From the NCBI GenBank assembly GCA_009780855.1, contig WQZG01000009.1, positions 4,270 through 68,269 on the forward strand: DNA of 64,000 nt, read 5' to 3'. The notes under the pieces were generated by a model, which did not search any database, was not told the origin of the DNA, and saw nothing but the letters and a program-made list of their open reading frames with translations. The stretch comes from Treponema sp. GTDB taxonomy: Bacteria; Spirochaetota; Spirochaetia; Treponematales; Breznakiellaceae. The stretch's first letter is position 1. Each line of letters begins with the position of its first letter. Shown one piece after another: positions 27,961-36,066 of this stretch. A program made the translations under genes and the position numbers.

Positions 27961-29874
27961 ATGAAAAAATTAGCGTTTCTTATAATCCCGTTAACAGCGT
28001 TATTTTTCTTCGGATGTCCCAATCCCAATAGTTCTACCGATCAAACCAGTCTTAAACTGGGCGAAACATCTTTGGTGTTTACCGAAATAGGCGGCTCAAA
28101 ACTGGTAGCCGTTTCCGGTGATTCAAACTGGACAGCCTCCTCAAATCAGGCCTGGTGCACTGTATCGCCTGACCATGGATCCGGCAGCGGCGCAATAAAC
28201 ATTACAGCAGATATAAACAACACTATTGTACAGCGAACCGCAAAAGTTACCATTAAAACAACAGATAACAAGTTAAGCAGTGAGATCATCATTACCCAAG
28301 CGGCCGGCCAGCCTGCAGGACCGGTCAGCGACGGTCACGGGAACAGCATCGACGCCAATCCAGCGCTGCTGGATTTTTTGAATATCGGGGGGAGTAAAAC
28401 CATACAGGTTAGTTCAACAGTTGACTGGCAAATCGTATCCGATCAGGGCTGGTGCAGTGTTTCAGCCTCCTCCGGAAACGGTAATGTCCAAGTGACAGTA
28501 ACTGTCAGCGCCAATACAGGAACATCGAGCCGAATAGCAAGGCTGAGCATAATCAATAGCACTTATGTTCTGACAAAGACTGTAACAGTAACACAACTTG
28601 GAATAGAGCCTTCGATTGTCATTTTGCCGCCAACTACAAGAAACATTGACGACCAAACACAAACCATTTCTGTCAATGTGTCGGCAAACGTGGACTTTGA
28701 CGTGACGCCAAATGTAAACTGGATCACTGTAACACAGGTAACAGCCGCAGCCGTAACCCTGCAGGCGCAGGCGAATCCGTCAACCATAAGCCGCACAGGA
28801 ACAGTAACGCTCAAACAGAAAAGCGGCTCCGCCATGGCAGTACTGACGGTAGTCCAAGAAGGCAAGCCGCCGGCTGTATATTATGCATCATCTACAGGCA
28901 ATGACTTAAACGATGGAAAATCGTGGAACAATGCTGTTAAAGATATTAATTTAGCTATTTACTTTGCCGCTCCAGGCGATTATGTATGGGTGGAAGAAGG
29001 TGCTTATTCGGAAAATGTAACGATGAAAGATGGTGTGAATGTGTATGGAGGATTCAACCGCTCAGACATCAATATTTCCAATCGGGGTACCAGGCGAAGC
29101 GTGCTTACAGGAGGCGTTTTTACAAGCGCCAATAACTTCAGCATCCCAACTATTTTAGACGGGTTCACCATTTTTAATGATAACCTCAATACACGGCAAA
29201 CGCTTAATAAAAACAGTATCATTAATAATTGCGAACTAGAAGCAACTATTGATGGCTTACCAATTAGTTGGTCATTACTAACAATTTCTGGCGGAATCAT
29301 TTCCGATTCATCAATAGTTATTAAGGGTAAATATTCTTTGGATGGTACTACCGCTATATATACTACATCTGGCGGCATGATACTCAACAGCAATATATCA
29401 AATTACGTGACGAATTATCCAGGCTATAACTACCCTGTATGCAGTGTTACTATATTTTTAAACGGCGGCCGGGTGGAGGGATGCATAATATCGGGATGTA
29501 CAAGCAATTCTATCGTAAAGTACAGCAGCGGCGGTAATAACATTGTTAATTGTACATTTAATAATCTTCAGGGCACATGGAGTACCGGGAGTAATATTTT
29601 TTTGAATGGCAGCGGCTCTCTGAATTTTGTCAATAACATCGTTTTGCCTCATGGACATATAAATACAGTGACCGGACTTTATGAAGCCAATAATATGCAA
29701 GGGCTGGCAAATGATAATGTATATCTCCTGAATGCTGACTGGTCGCCCATGCCGTTATCTGGGGCTGTAAATAAAGGCGACAATTCATTTGTTACCATTG
29801 ATAAAGATATACTTGGCAATCCCCGTATCCAGAACGGCAGGGTAGATATCGGTGCGATTGAGTCGTCATATTAA
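27961..29874 (+). CDS. Lipoprotein with three BACON domains and a C-terminal right-handed beta-helix-like domain
   Basis: Lipobox 'FFFGC'. Three ~80-aa repeats of the pattern 'GGSK..V.VS....W...S.Q.WC.VS...G.G......V..N.....R.A...I'. C-terminal 'GNPRIQNGRVDIGAIES', typical of beta-helix/choice-of-anchor-type domains. Confidence 0.75.
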   Translation: MKKLAFLIIPLTALFFFGCPNPNSSTDQTSLKLGETSLVFTEIGGSKLVAVSGDSNWTASSNQAWCTVSPDHGSGSGAINITADINNTIVQRTAKVTIKTTDNKLSSEIIITQAAGQPAGPVSDGHGNSIDANPALLDFLNIGGSKTIQVSSTVDWQIVSDQGWCSVSASSGNGNVQVTVTVSANTGTSSRIARLSIINSTYVLTKTVTVTQLGIEPSIVILPPTTRNIDDQTQTISVNVSANVDFDVTPNVNWITVTQVTAAAVTLQAQANPSTISRTGTVTLKQKSGSAMAVLTVVQEGKPPAVYYASSTGNDLNDGKSWNNAVKDINLAIYFAAPGDYVWVEEGAYSENVTMKDGVNVYGGFNRSDINISNRGTRRSVLTGGVFTSANNFSIPTILDGFTIFNDNLNTRQTLNKNSIINNCELEATIDGLPISWSLLTISGGIISDSSIVIKGKYSLDGTTAIYTTSGGMILNSNISNYVTNYPGYNYPVCSVTIFLNGGRVEGCIISGCTSNSIVKYSSGGNNIVNCTFNNLQGTWSTGSNIFLNGSGSLNFVNNIVLPHGHINTVTGLYEANNMQGLANDNVYLLNADWSPMPLSGAVNKGDNSFVTIDKDILGNPRIQNGRVDIGAIESSY

Positions 29875-29883
29875 GGGTATTGT

Positions 29884-30303
29884 ATGAAAACGCCGTTTAA
29901 AAAATTCAGTCTTTTAATATTGATAATCTTCGCATTTACCTTTGTTACCTGTCCCAATCCGAATGGCAGCGGTAATCCCGGTAATGGCGGTACCGACGGT
30001 AATAAAGGCGGCGGCGGTACCATTAAAATGCCGCCTGCGCCAACTGATGCGTGGGTTACAGGGGTTTCCGGTACTTCAATCAGGGTTACCTGGTATGTGG
30101 TTATAGGAGCGGATAAAATCAGGGTTCAATACTCAACTTCTCCAACCGGACCATTTGCTTCAGTTGAAACTACAGCGTTAACTCAAATAATAATTGATGG
30201 TCTGCAGCCCAATACCAAGTATTATGTCAGAGTTTCTGCAATAAACAGCGCCGGGGAGGGGCCGTATAGATCTGCCTATGGATCAACAAATCCCGGATTT
30301 TAG
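29884..30303 (+). CDS. Small lipoprotein with a fibronectin type III domain
   Basis: Lipobox 'FVTC', Gly-rich linker, and FN3 pattern 'PTDAWVTGVSGTSIRVTW...LQPNTKYYVRVSAINSAGEG'. Confidence 0.75.
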   Translation: MKTPFKKFSLLILIIFAFTFVTCPNPNGSGNPGNGGTDGNKGGGGTIKMPPAPTDAWVTGVSGTSIRVTWYVVIGADKIRVQYSTSPTGPFASVETTALTQIIIDGLQPNTKYYVRVSAINSAGEGPYRSAYGSTNPGF

Positions 30304-30452
30304 ATTAGCGGCAGGATTGTCCTCCTTTTGAGACGATCAATGCCACGCACGAGATATTCCATCGGTACGCCCAGGGCAACGGAAATATCACAGGCGCTTT
30401 CGGCGTCAGGTATCCGGTCGTTATATTTCCAGCAGCTGAAAGTGAAAAATAT
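30300..30452 (-). pseudogene. Remnant of an XRE-type HTH gene (C-terminal half only, no start codon)
   Basis: My hand translation gives '..SCWKYNDRIPDAESACDISVALGVPMEYLVRGIDRLKRR..', the second half of an XRE HTH domain. The frame is closed by TAA at 30453-30455 with no start codon inside. Confidence 0.45.
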
Positions 30453-30514
30453 TTATAATAAATACAGCAGAATAGATGCAAAAGCGGGAGGCTGATTCTT
30501 CTCAAAATGATTGA

Positions 30515-30538
30515 ATATATTCCATATATGGAATATAT
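30515..30538. promoter_or_regulatory. Perfect 24-bp palindrome upstream of the HigB-like/HigA pair (candidate operator)
   Basis: 'ATATATTCCATATATGGAATATAT' is self-complementary over 12+12 nt. It lies 43 nt upstream of the toxin-fragment ATG in an AT-rich stretch. Confidence 0.5.
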
Positions 30539-30580
30539 AATAAATATAGTTCGAGAATTGAACAATCAAGGCATGGCTCA

Positions 30581-30775
30581 ATGCGTGAATTACGCAGCCA
30601 ATGTAAGGGCCGGCCATTACGTACCTTTTATGCTTTTGATCCTAAGCGATTCGCAATTCTGTTAATTGGTGCGGACAAAACAGGAAATGACAGGTTTTAT
30701 GAAGAAATGATCCCATTGGCAGATAAAATCTTTGAAGATTACCTAATAGAAATCCGGGAGGAGAATAATGGCTAG
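30581..30775 (+). CDS. RelE/ParE-superfamily (HigB/Gp49-like) toxin, N-terminally truncated
   Basis: 'RELRSQCKGRPLRTFYAFDPKRFAILLIGADKTGN' matches the C-terminal two-thirds of Gp49-like toxins (about 110 aa when intact). The upstream in-frame sequence is AT-rich junk closed by TGA at 30512. It overlaps the antitoxin start by 8 nt. Confidence 0.65.
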   Translation: MRELRSQCKGRPLRTFYAFDPKRFAILLIGADKTGNDRFYEEMIPLADKIFEDYLIEIREENNG

Positions 30776-31076
30776 GAAATTTTCAGAACTTGAAGAAAAA
30801 ATGAGTCCGGAATCAAGGCAATGGGTAAACCAGGAAGTCGAAAAGGCTTTGGCTGCAATGCCGCTAAGTGAATTGCGAAATGCCCGCGGCCTTTCCCAAA
30901 AGATGCTTGCAGAAGCCCTGCATATTCAGCAACCCGCAATAGCAAAGCTGGAAAAACGAACTGATATGTATATCTCCACTCTGCGAAGCCATATTAAAGC
31001 AATGGGGGGAGAACTTGAGATTATTGCCCGGTTTCCGGATGGGGACGTGAGTATATCCAATTTTTCACAGATTTAA
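30768..31076 (+). CDS. HigA-like XRE-family antitoxin
   Basis: 'LSELRNARGLSQKMLAEALHIQQPAIAKLEKRTDMYISTLRSHIKAMGGELEI'. This is the typical partner of Gp49-like toxins. Confidence 0.8.
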   Translation: MARKFSELEEKMSPESRQWVNQEVEKALAAMPLSELRNARGLSQKMLAEALHIQQPAIAKLEKRTDMYISTLRSHIKAMGGELEIIARFPDGDVSISNFSQI

Positions 31077-31155
31077 TGTTGTCCAATTTCCGCCTGGATT
31101 ACTGCTTCCATATTTAAATTATAACGTCTTTCTGTGTAAAATACAAACATACAAG

Positions 31156-32031
31156 TTAAATTACAGGCGCCGAATTCCTTAAAACTTCCCACATAAAAAT
31201 ACCGGCCGCGCAGGAAATGTTTAATGAATTAACCTCGCCTGTAACCGGAATGCCGATAATTCCGTCACAGAGCGACCTGAGGGCCTGGCTCATGCCTTTC
31301 GCTTCATTGCCAAGCACAAGGGCGAGCGGCCTTTTGATGACAGTATTGGTCAGGGACGAGGAACCCTGCGTGTCGGTGCCCCAGATTTTTAGAGAGCATT
31401 TATTTTTTAGAGTTTTTAGAGATTCAGAAAATTCATCCAGCGACTCAAGTTGTATTGGCGCCGTAAAAAAAACGCTTCCCAAACTTGCGCGTATGGTTTT
31501 GGGGTCCCAGGGATCAACGCCGTGGCCGATCAGCAGAACCGCGTCAACACCGAACGCGTTTGCGGAACGGATTATTGAACCGAGGTTTCCGGTATCCGAT
31601 GGTCTGTCCAGGACAAGGATAAAAGGATTATCGGGCAATTGAAGCCCGCCGGCGGTCAGACCCGGGAGCTGAAGCCCGTCTGCGCCGGGCATTCTGGCGG
31701 TAACCAGCATTTCCGAAGGTTCATTGCGGTCGCAAAGTTTTTTATACAGGTCATCTGTCATTTCGATGATCCTGGGCGCGGAGAAGGTTTGTGCGTCAGC
31801 GGCATTATCACCTGCCCCTCCAAAAAAACGTATTTTATCTTCGGCCCATTCTGATATTTTACCTGTTGTTATGATCCGGGTAATTTCAATACCGGATTTA
31901 AAGGCCTGTTTGATTGACTCAATGCCCTCGATAAAAATCTCCCGGTGCTGCGCCCTTTTGGTTCTGTTTGTCTTTAAGGATTCGATAATCTGAAACTCCG
32001 CGTTTTCCGCGCTGATTAAAAACTTTTTCGT
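31156..32031 (-). CDS. TrmH/SpoU family RNA 2'-O-methyltransferase; full-length frame without a canonical start codon
   Basis: SpoU motifs 'LVLGNEAKGMS' and 'IPVTGEVNSLNISCAAGIFMWE'. The N-terminal substrate-binding domain ('NAEFQIIESLKTNRTKRAQHREIFIEGIESIKQA') is in frame upstream of the first ATG (31761). Confidence 0.8.
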   Translation of the reverse strand, partial: TKKFLISAENAEFQIIESLKTNRTKRAQHREIFIEGIESIKQAFKSGIEITRIITTGKISEWAEDKIRFFGGAGDNAADAQTFSAPRIIEMTDDLYKKLCDRNEPSEMLVTARMPGADGLQLPGLTAGGLQLPDNPFILVLDRPSDTGNLGSIIRSANAFGVDAVLLIGHGVDPWDPKTIRASLGSVFFTAPIQLESLDEFSESLKTLKNKCSLKIWGTDTQGSSSLTNTVIKRPLALVLGNEAKGMSQALRSLCDGIIGIPVTGEVNSLNISCAAGIFMWEVLRNSAPVI

Positions 32032-32928
32032 TTAGTCCTCCCGGAACAGCGCAAGCTGGCCTTCGTTTGCGGATTTTTCACTAAGGGCAGTTCCCCCAAA
32101 TGTATGCAGATATTTGAACACTTCATCAGTGCCATAAAGGATGTTATTGGCTTTGCATACATTGCCGAAGATCGCCATGAGCTTTTGGCTGTTATCGCTT
32201 GACAGTTCGTAACTGTTGCCGTATTTTTGGATGTATTTTTTCTTTAAACCAGGAAAATGTTTGTCGAGTTTGGCGTAATAATACTCGCGGTCGCCTTCCC
32301 GCAATGTCATGCCCATTCCAAAACAGAGAATGCCGTGTACATCCGCTTCTATACAGTAATCTAGGATACCGCGAAGGTTTTCTTCGGTATCGTTAATAAA
32401 AGGTAAAATAGGACAAAGCCAGACAACGGTTGGGATTCCGCTGCTGCGCATAATTTTTAATACTTCATAACGTTCTTTGGTGGTGCAGACATTGGGTTCC
32501 AGGATTTTACAGAGATCCTCATCAAAGGTAGTTAGTGTTATCTGGACAACACATACGGATTTTTGGTTAATTTTTTTTAACAAATCTAAATCGCGCAGTA
32601 TGAGGTTTGACTTGGTCTGGATCGCGAGACCGTACCCGGCCTTTTCAATAATTTCAAGGCAGGCCCTTGTTATGGCCAGGCTCTCCGGAATCGGAATATA
32701 GGGATCGCTCATCGCGCCTGTGCCGATTACACATTTTTGCCGTTTGCGCCTTAGTCTGTCTTCCAGCAGGGCCGGGGCATTGATTTTGATTTCCACATCT
32801 TCAAAATCGTGGTTAATGCCGTAGCACTTGCTGCGTGAATCACAGTAAATGCAGCCGTGGGTACAGCCGCGGCAAAGGTTCATGCCGTTGGAAGCGGAAA
32901 GTATGCCTTTGGCTTCGGTAAAGTGCAT
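32032..32928 (-). CDS. Radical SAM protein (SplB/COG1533-like family)
   Basis: 'CRGCTHGCIYCDS' with a CxxxCxxC cluster motif near the N-terminus. About 298 aa. Confidence 0.8.
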   Translation of the reverse strand: MHFTEAKGILSASNGMNLCRGCTHGCIYCDSRSKCYGINHDFEDVEIKINAPALLEDRLRRKRQKCVIGTGAMSDPYIPIPESLAITRACLEIIEKAGYGLAIQTKSNLILRDLDLLKKINQKSVCVVQITLTTFDEDLCKILEPNVCTTKERYEVLKIMRSSGIPTVVWLCPILPFINDTEENLRGILDYCIEADVHGILCFGMGMTLREGDREYYYAKLDKHFPGLKKKYIQKYGNSYELSSDNSQKLMAIFGNVCKANNILYGTDEVFKYLHTFGGTALSEKSANEGQLALFRED

Positions 32929-32952
32929 GACATAATTTATACACCAAAAAAA

Positions 32953-33366
32953 TCAATCGGTCACAGTCCCGTAAGGCCAGTTAATGATTCCGCCCAGATC
33001 ATAAATATTGGTATATCCCAAGCCGGCCAAAACCTTTGCGGCTCCGGAAGACCTCGCACCGCTGCGGCAGTATACAATTATTACCGCATCTTTGTCCGGA
33101 AGTTCCTTTGAGGCGCGGGCCGCGATTTCGTTGTCCGGAAACAGGATTGCGCCCTTGATATGGCCCGTGCTGAACTCCGCGGCGGTTCGCACATCCACAA
33201 GCGTATAGGGGCTTCCGCTGTCCATCATTGTTTTTGCCTGCTGCGGCGTTAATTTTTTGGGCGCAGCCGCGGCTGTCCGGTCTGGTCCTTTTGCCTGCTC
33301 CTGTGCGGAACATCCGGTAAAAATAAAGAACAGGACCAGCAGGCCGGCAGCGATAATTTTTTTCAT
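32953..33366 (-). CDS. Rhodanese-domain lipoprotein
   Basis: 'MKKIIAAGLLVLFFIFTGC' lipobox and active-site loop 'YCRSGARS'. The ATG at 33366 lies 1 nt after the upstream stop. Confidence 0.8.
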   Translation of the reverse strand: MKKIIAAGLLVLFFIFTGCSAQEQAKGPDRTAAAAPKKLTPQQAKTMMDSGSPYTLVDVRTAAEFSTGHIKGAILFPDNEIAARASKELPDKDAVIIVYCRSGARSSGAAKVLAGLGYTNIYDLGGIINWPYGTVTD

Positions 33367-33367
33367 T

Positions 33368-33685
33368 TTAACCGCTGATCGTATCATAGGGCCAGCTCAT
33401 GATACCGCCAAAGTTACTGACATTGGTGTAACCCATGTTAGCCAGCAATTTACAGGCTCTTGAGCTTCTGCCCCCGCTAAGACAATAAACCAGGATAACC
33501 GCGTTCTTGTCCCTGAGTTTGGATTCGGCGGCAGACTCAACTTCATCAACGGGGATATTGATTGCGCCCTTGATCCGCTTCTCCTCAAATTCATCCCTGG
33601 TCCTTACATCGACCAGTGTATAGGGCTGGCCGCTGTCCATTACCGCTTTGGCATCCTTTGCCGATATGTTTTTTGGATTTTTCAT
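33368..33685 (-). CDS. Rhodanese-domain protein (no signal peptide)
   Basis: Active-site loop 'YCLSGGRS'. The ATG at 33685 has an AGGAG RBS and overlaps the arsR-family stop (ATGA). Confidence 0.8.
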   Translation of the reverse strand: MKNPKNISAKDAKAVMDSGQPYTLVDVRTRDEFEEKRIKGAINIPVDEVESAAESKLRDKNAVILVYCLSGGRSSRACKLLANMGYTNVSNFGGIMSWPYDTISG

Positions 33686-33978
33686 GGTTTTTTCTCCTGT
33701 GATCTGCAATAATATTTTCTTAACACATTTATTGTGTTTTCCACCCGTTTGTCGGCAACCGAATAAATAATATTCTGGCCGGATTTTTTGGAATCAAGGT
33801 AATTATGCGCTTTTAATAAAGTAAGGTGCTGAGAAAGCGCGGACTGCGTAATGCCGGGAACATGTTTGGCAATTCCGGCCGGCGTCATCGGCTGCCCGAT
33901 AAGGGCGCACAGAATCAGGAGCCGGTTTTCGTTGGCAAGCACCTTGAGCATGCGGGCTATTTCTTTTACCTCATCCAT
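33682..33978 (-). CDS. ArsR/SmtB family transcriptional regulator
   Basis: 'LKVLANENRLLILCALIGQPMTPAGIAKHVPGITQSALSQHLTLLKAHNYL' wHTH. It lacks the ELCVCDL metal site. Confidence 0.85.
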   Translation of the reverse strand: MDEVKEIARMLKVLANENRLLILCALIGQPMTPAGIAKHVPGITQSALSQHLTLLKAHNYLDSKKSGQNIIYSVADKRVENTINVLRKYYCRSQEKKP

Positions 33979-34147
33979 TATCTGACTAAACCTTCCGTAT
34001 AAACCTTTAATATTAAATTTACTTACATAAACAGTTTAGTGTACATAAGTAATTTAGATATTGCTAATATACTGTATTATAAAAATAATTGCAAGGGGGG
34101 TTATTTCGGTTAGATTTTTACATGAGGCATTACAGCGGAAGAATCCT

Positions 34148-34717
34148 TCAGCCATTATTAATTTTGTTTTCCTGAACTATTTTTTCTATTCCCTTTACAA
34201 ACACATTAAAACTATGAGATTTATTTTTTGTAATATCCATATATTGGGCTATTTTTTTTGCTCCGGTTATTTGTTGGTAAGCAGGAACAAGTTTTCTTAA
34301 TTCTTGTTTTGCATTCGCTATAGAATCTGGATTACGAAAAATAGCTTTTGCCTTATAACCAGAGAGACTAATACCATAGCCTTTTTCGACAGCATCAAGA
34401 TCACCCAGATACCAGGATTCCAGTTCTGTACATACTATTCTTATGAGTGTATCAGAATGTCTGGTTTCGTATATAAGATTATGTAAATCTGTTTTTAGTT
34501 TTTTACAATCAGCAGAGTCTTTATCACAAACAATCACAAATTGTACATTTTGTTCTTTCCACCCCCGTGTTTTAATCGGGATTGATTTTTTAAGAGCAGG
34601 CTTGCCATTATGGGCAATACATTGAAATGTATAAGACTGAGGAAAGATTTGCGGAAGAATAATCGACAAAAGTTCTTTCATTGATGATTCTTCCAGAAGA
34701 AAGACGATTTTTACCAT
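34148..34717 (-). CDS. DUF4276 family protein (Toprim-like)
   Basis: 'MVKIVFLLEESSMKELL', 'FVIVCDKDSADC', 'ELESWYLGDLDA', 'KSHSFNVF' match my recollection of the DUF4276 pattern. The ATG at 34717 lies 1 nt after the ATPase stop. Confidence 0.65.
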   Translation of the reverse strand: MVKIVFLLEESSMKELLSIILPQIFPQSYTFQCIAHNGKPALKKSIPIKTRGWKEQNVQFVIVCDKDSADCKKLKTDLHNLIYETRHSDTLIRIVCTELESWYLGDLDAVEKGYGISLSGYKAKAIFRNPDSIANAKQELRKLVPAYQQITGAKKIAQYMDITKNKSHSFNVFVKGIEKIVQENKINNG

Positions 34718-34718
34718 T

Positions 34719-35888
34719 CTATAAAAGTCCTTCCTGCCATAATTCACCCAATTTATCTCCATTTTGATAAAGGGAAACAATGTTTTTATCATTTAAAGCA
34801 GCAACTATGTCTGATACACCGTTTTGTTTTTTAATTATGAACAATTCTTCCGGTTCAATGGCATTTACAAAGTTGGGTGAATGGGTAGAAATAAAAACTT
34901 GCCCTCCGGAGAATGAATATTCCCTGAATTCTTCCGCAAGAATTTCCAATAAATGCGGGTATAACTGATTCTCCGGTTCTTCTATACAGAGCAGTTTATG
35001 CGGATTTGGGTCTGCCAACATTACCAGATATGCGAACATCTTAATTGTTCCGTCAGATACAAATCTGGCAGAAAAGGGATTTTTGAACTTACCGTCCGAA
35101 AAACGCAGAAATATTTGCCCTTCTTCTGTCTGTTTTGACTCAACATTACTTATTCCCGGAATTTTTTCACGCATTTTCTGTAAAATTCCTTTAAATTTAT
35201 CCGGATGTTTATCATGAAGAAATTGCGTAACATTCGCTAAATTATCCCCGCTTCGGCTAAGCTGCTCAATATAAGAAATATCCTGAGTTTGGCGCGCGGC
35301 GTAAATATGGAAATCCGAGACAAACCAATCTTCAATAAATTTCCGAAAATCGACTACTGCAGTAAAATGTTTGATTTGTCCAAATGTTTTTATAGCCAGT
35401 ATATCCGGTGAATCCAATGTAAATTTTTCATGTTTAGTATCAAGTATATTTTTAAATTCAGCATTATCATTTGCTATTGCTTCTCCCACCCCCTGTGAAA
35501 AATCAATAATTTTTACAGTTGATACTTGTTTTTCTCTTGTTACTTCAATAATTAATTGCTCTTTAACAATGATTGGCGTGTTTTTTGTATCTGTGTTTAA
35601 TCGAAGCTCATAAGTATAAAAGGGAGAGGTATCAAATGTTTTATATTGAAAGCTTAGGCAAATATCGCCCATTGTTTCTCTTGTGTGAACTTCATCGTAT
35701 CCGCCGCGCGCCTGCAATGCGGAACGTATATTTTCTGTCAGACATTGTTTCATAAATCCAAAAACATCAAAAAAAGTCGATTTACCGGAACCATTTTCAC
35801 CCAGAAACACAGCAAGCTGACCTATATTCTTAATATCCACATTCTGCAATGTTTTGTAGTTTTCAATGTGAATGTTAATGATTTTCAT
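34719..35888 (-). CDS. AAA_21-type ABC/SMC-like ATPase
   Basis: Walker A 'GENGSGKST', signature-like 'FVSDGT', Walker B 'LLCIEEPENQLYP', H-loop 'STHSP'. Confidence 0.85.
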   Translation of the reverse strand: MKIINIHIENYKTLQNVDIKNIGQLAVFLGENGSGKSTFFDVFGFMKQCLTENIRSALQARGGYDEVHTRETMGDICLSFQYKTFDTSPFYTYELRLNTDTKNTPIIVKEQLIIEVTREKQVSTVKIIDFSQGVGEAIANDNAEFKNILDTKHEKFTLDSPDILAIKTFGQIKHFTAVVDFRKFIEDWFVSDFHIYAARQTQDISYIEQLSRSGDNLANVTQFLHDKHPDKFKGILQKMREKIPGISNVESKQTEEGQIFLRFSDGKFKNPFSARFVSDGTIKMFAYLVMLADPNPHKLLCIEEPENQLYPHLLEILAEEFREYSFSGGQVFISTHSPNFVNAIEPEELFIIKKQNGVSDIVAALNDKNIVSLYQNGDKLGELWQEGLL

Positions 35889-36066
35889 GTTTTACCTGCC
35901 TTTTTAATACTTTACAGTGAGAATAGTTTAACTTTTAAATAAAATCAAACATATCATAAGCCGTGTCTGCAATACAATGCAGCGCTCCTAAATAAAAAAA
36001 ATTTCTATGTAAACTTTTCTCCATGCTCTTCTATAATTGCAATTTTTCATCTATAATGGTTCGATT

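Noticed and set aside
30305-30565. 86-aa minus-strand ORF from the ORF track.
   Set aside because: It is Ile/Tyr-rich low complexity spanning AT-rich filler and the palindrome. A different frame in the same place carries the recognisable XRE fragment reported above.
31724-31993. 89-aa plus-strand ORF in the apparent gap between the trmH ATG and the radical SAM gene.
   Set aside because: The minus strand here encodes the conserved N-terminal domain of the TrmH-family protein. The plus-strand ORF is its shadow.
32032-32928. The radical SAM gene as the anaerobic sulfatase-maturating enzyme for the sulfatase at 18436-19935.
   Set aside because: Its size (~298 aa) and N-terminal context fit the SplB/COG1533-like family. 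It has no SPASM-type C-terminal Cys clusters, lies 12 kb away, and sits in an unrelated operon.
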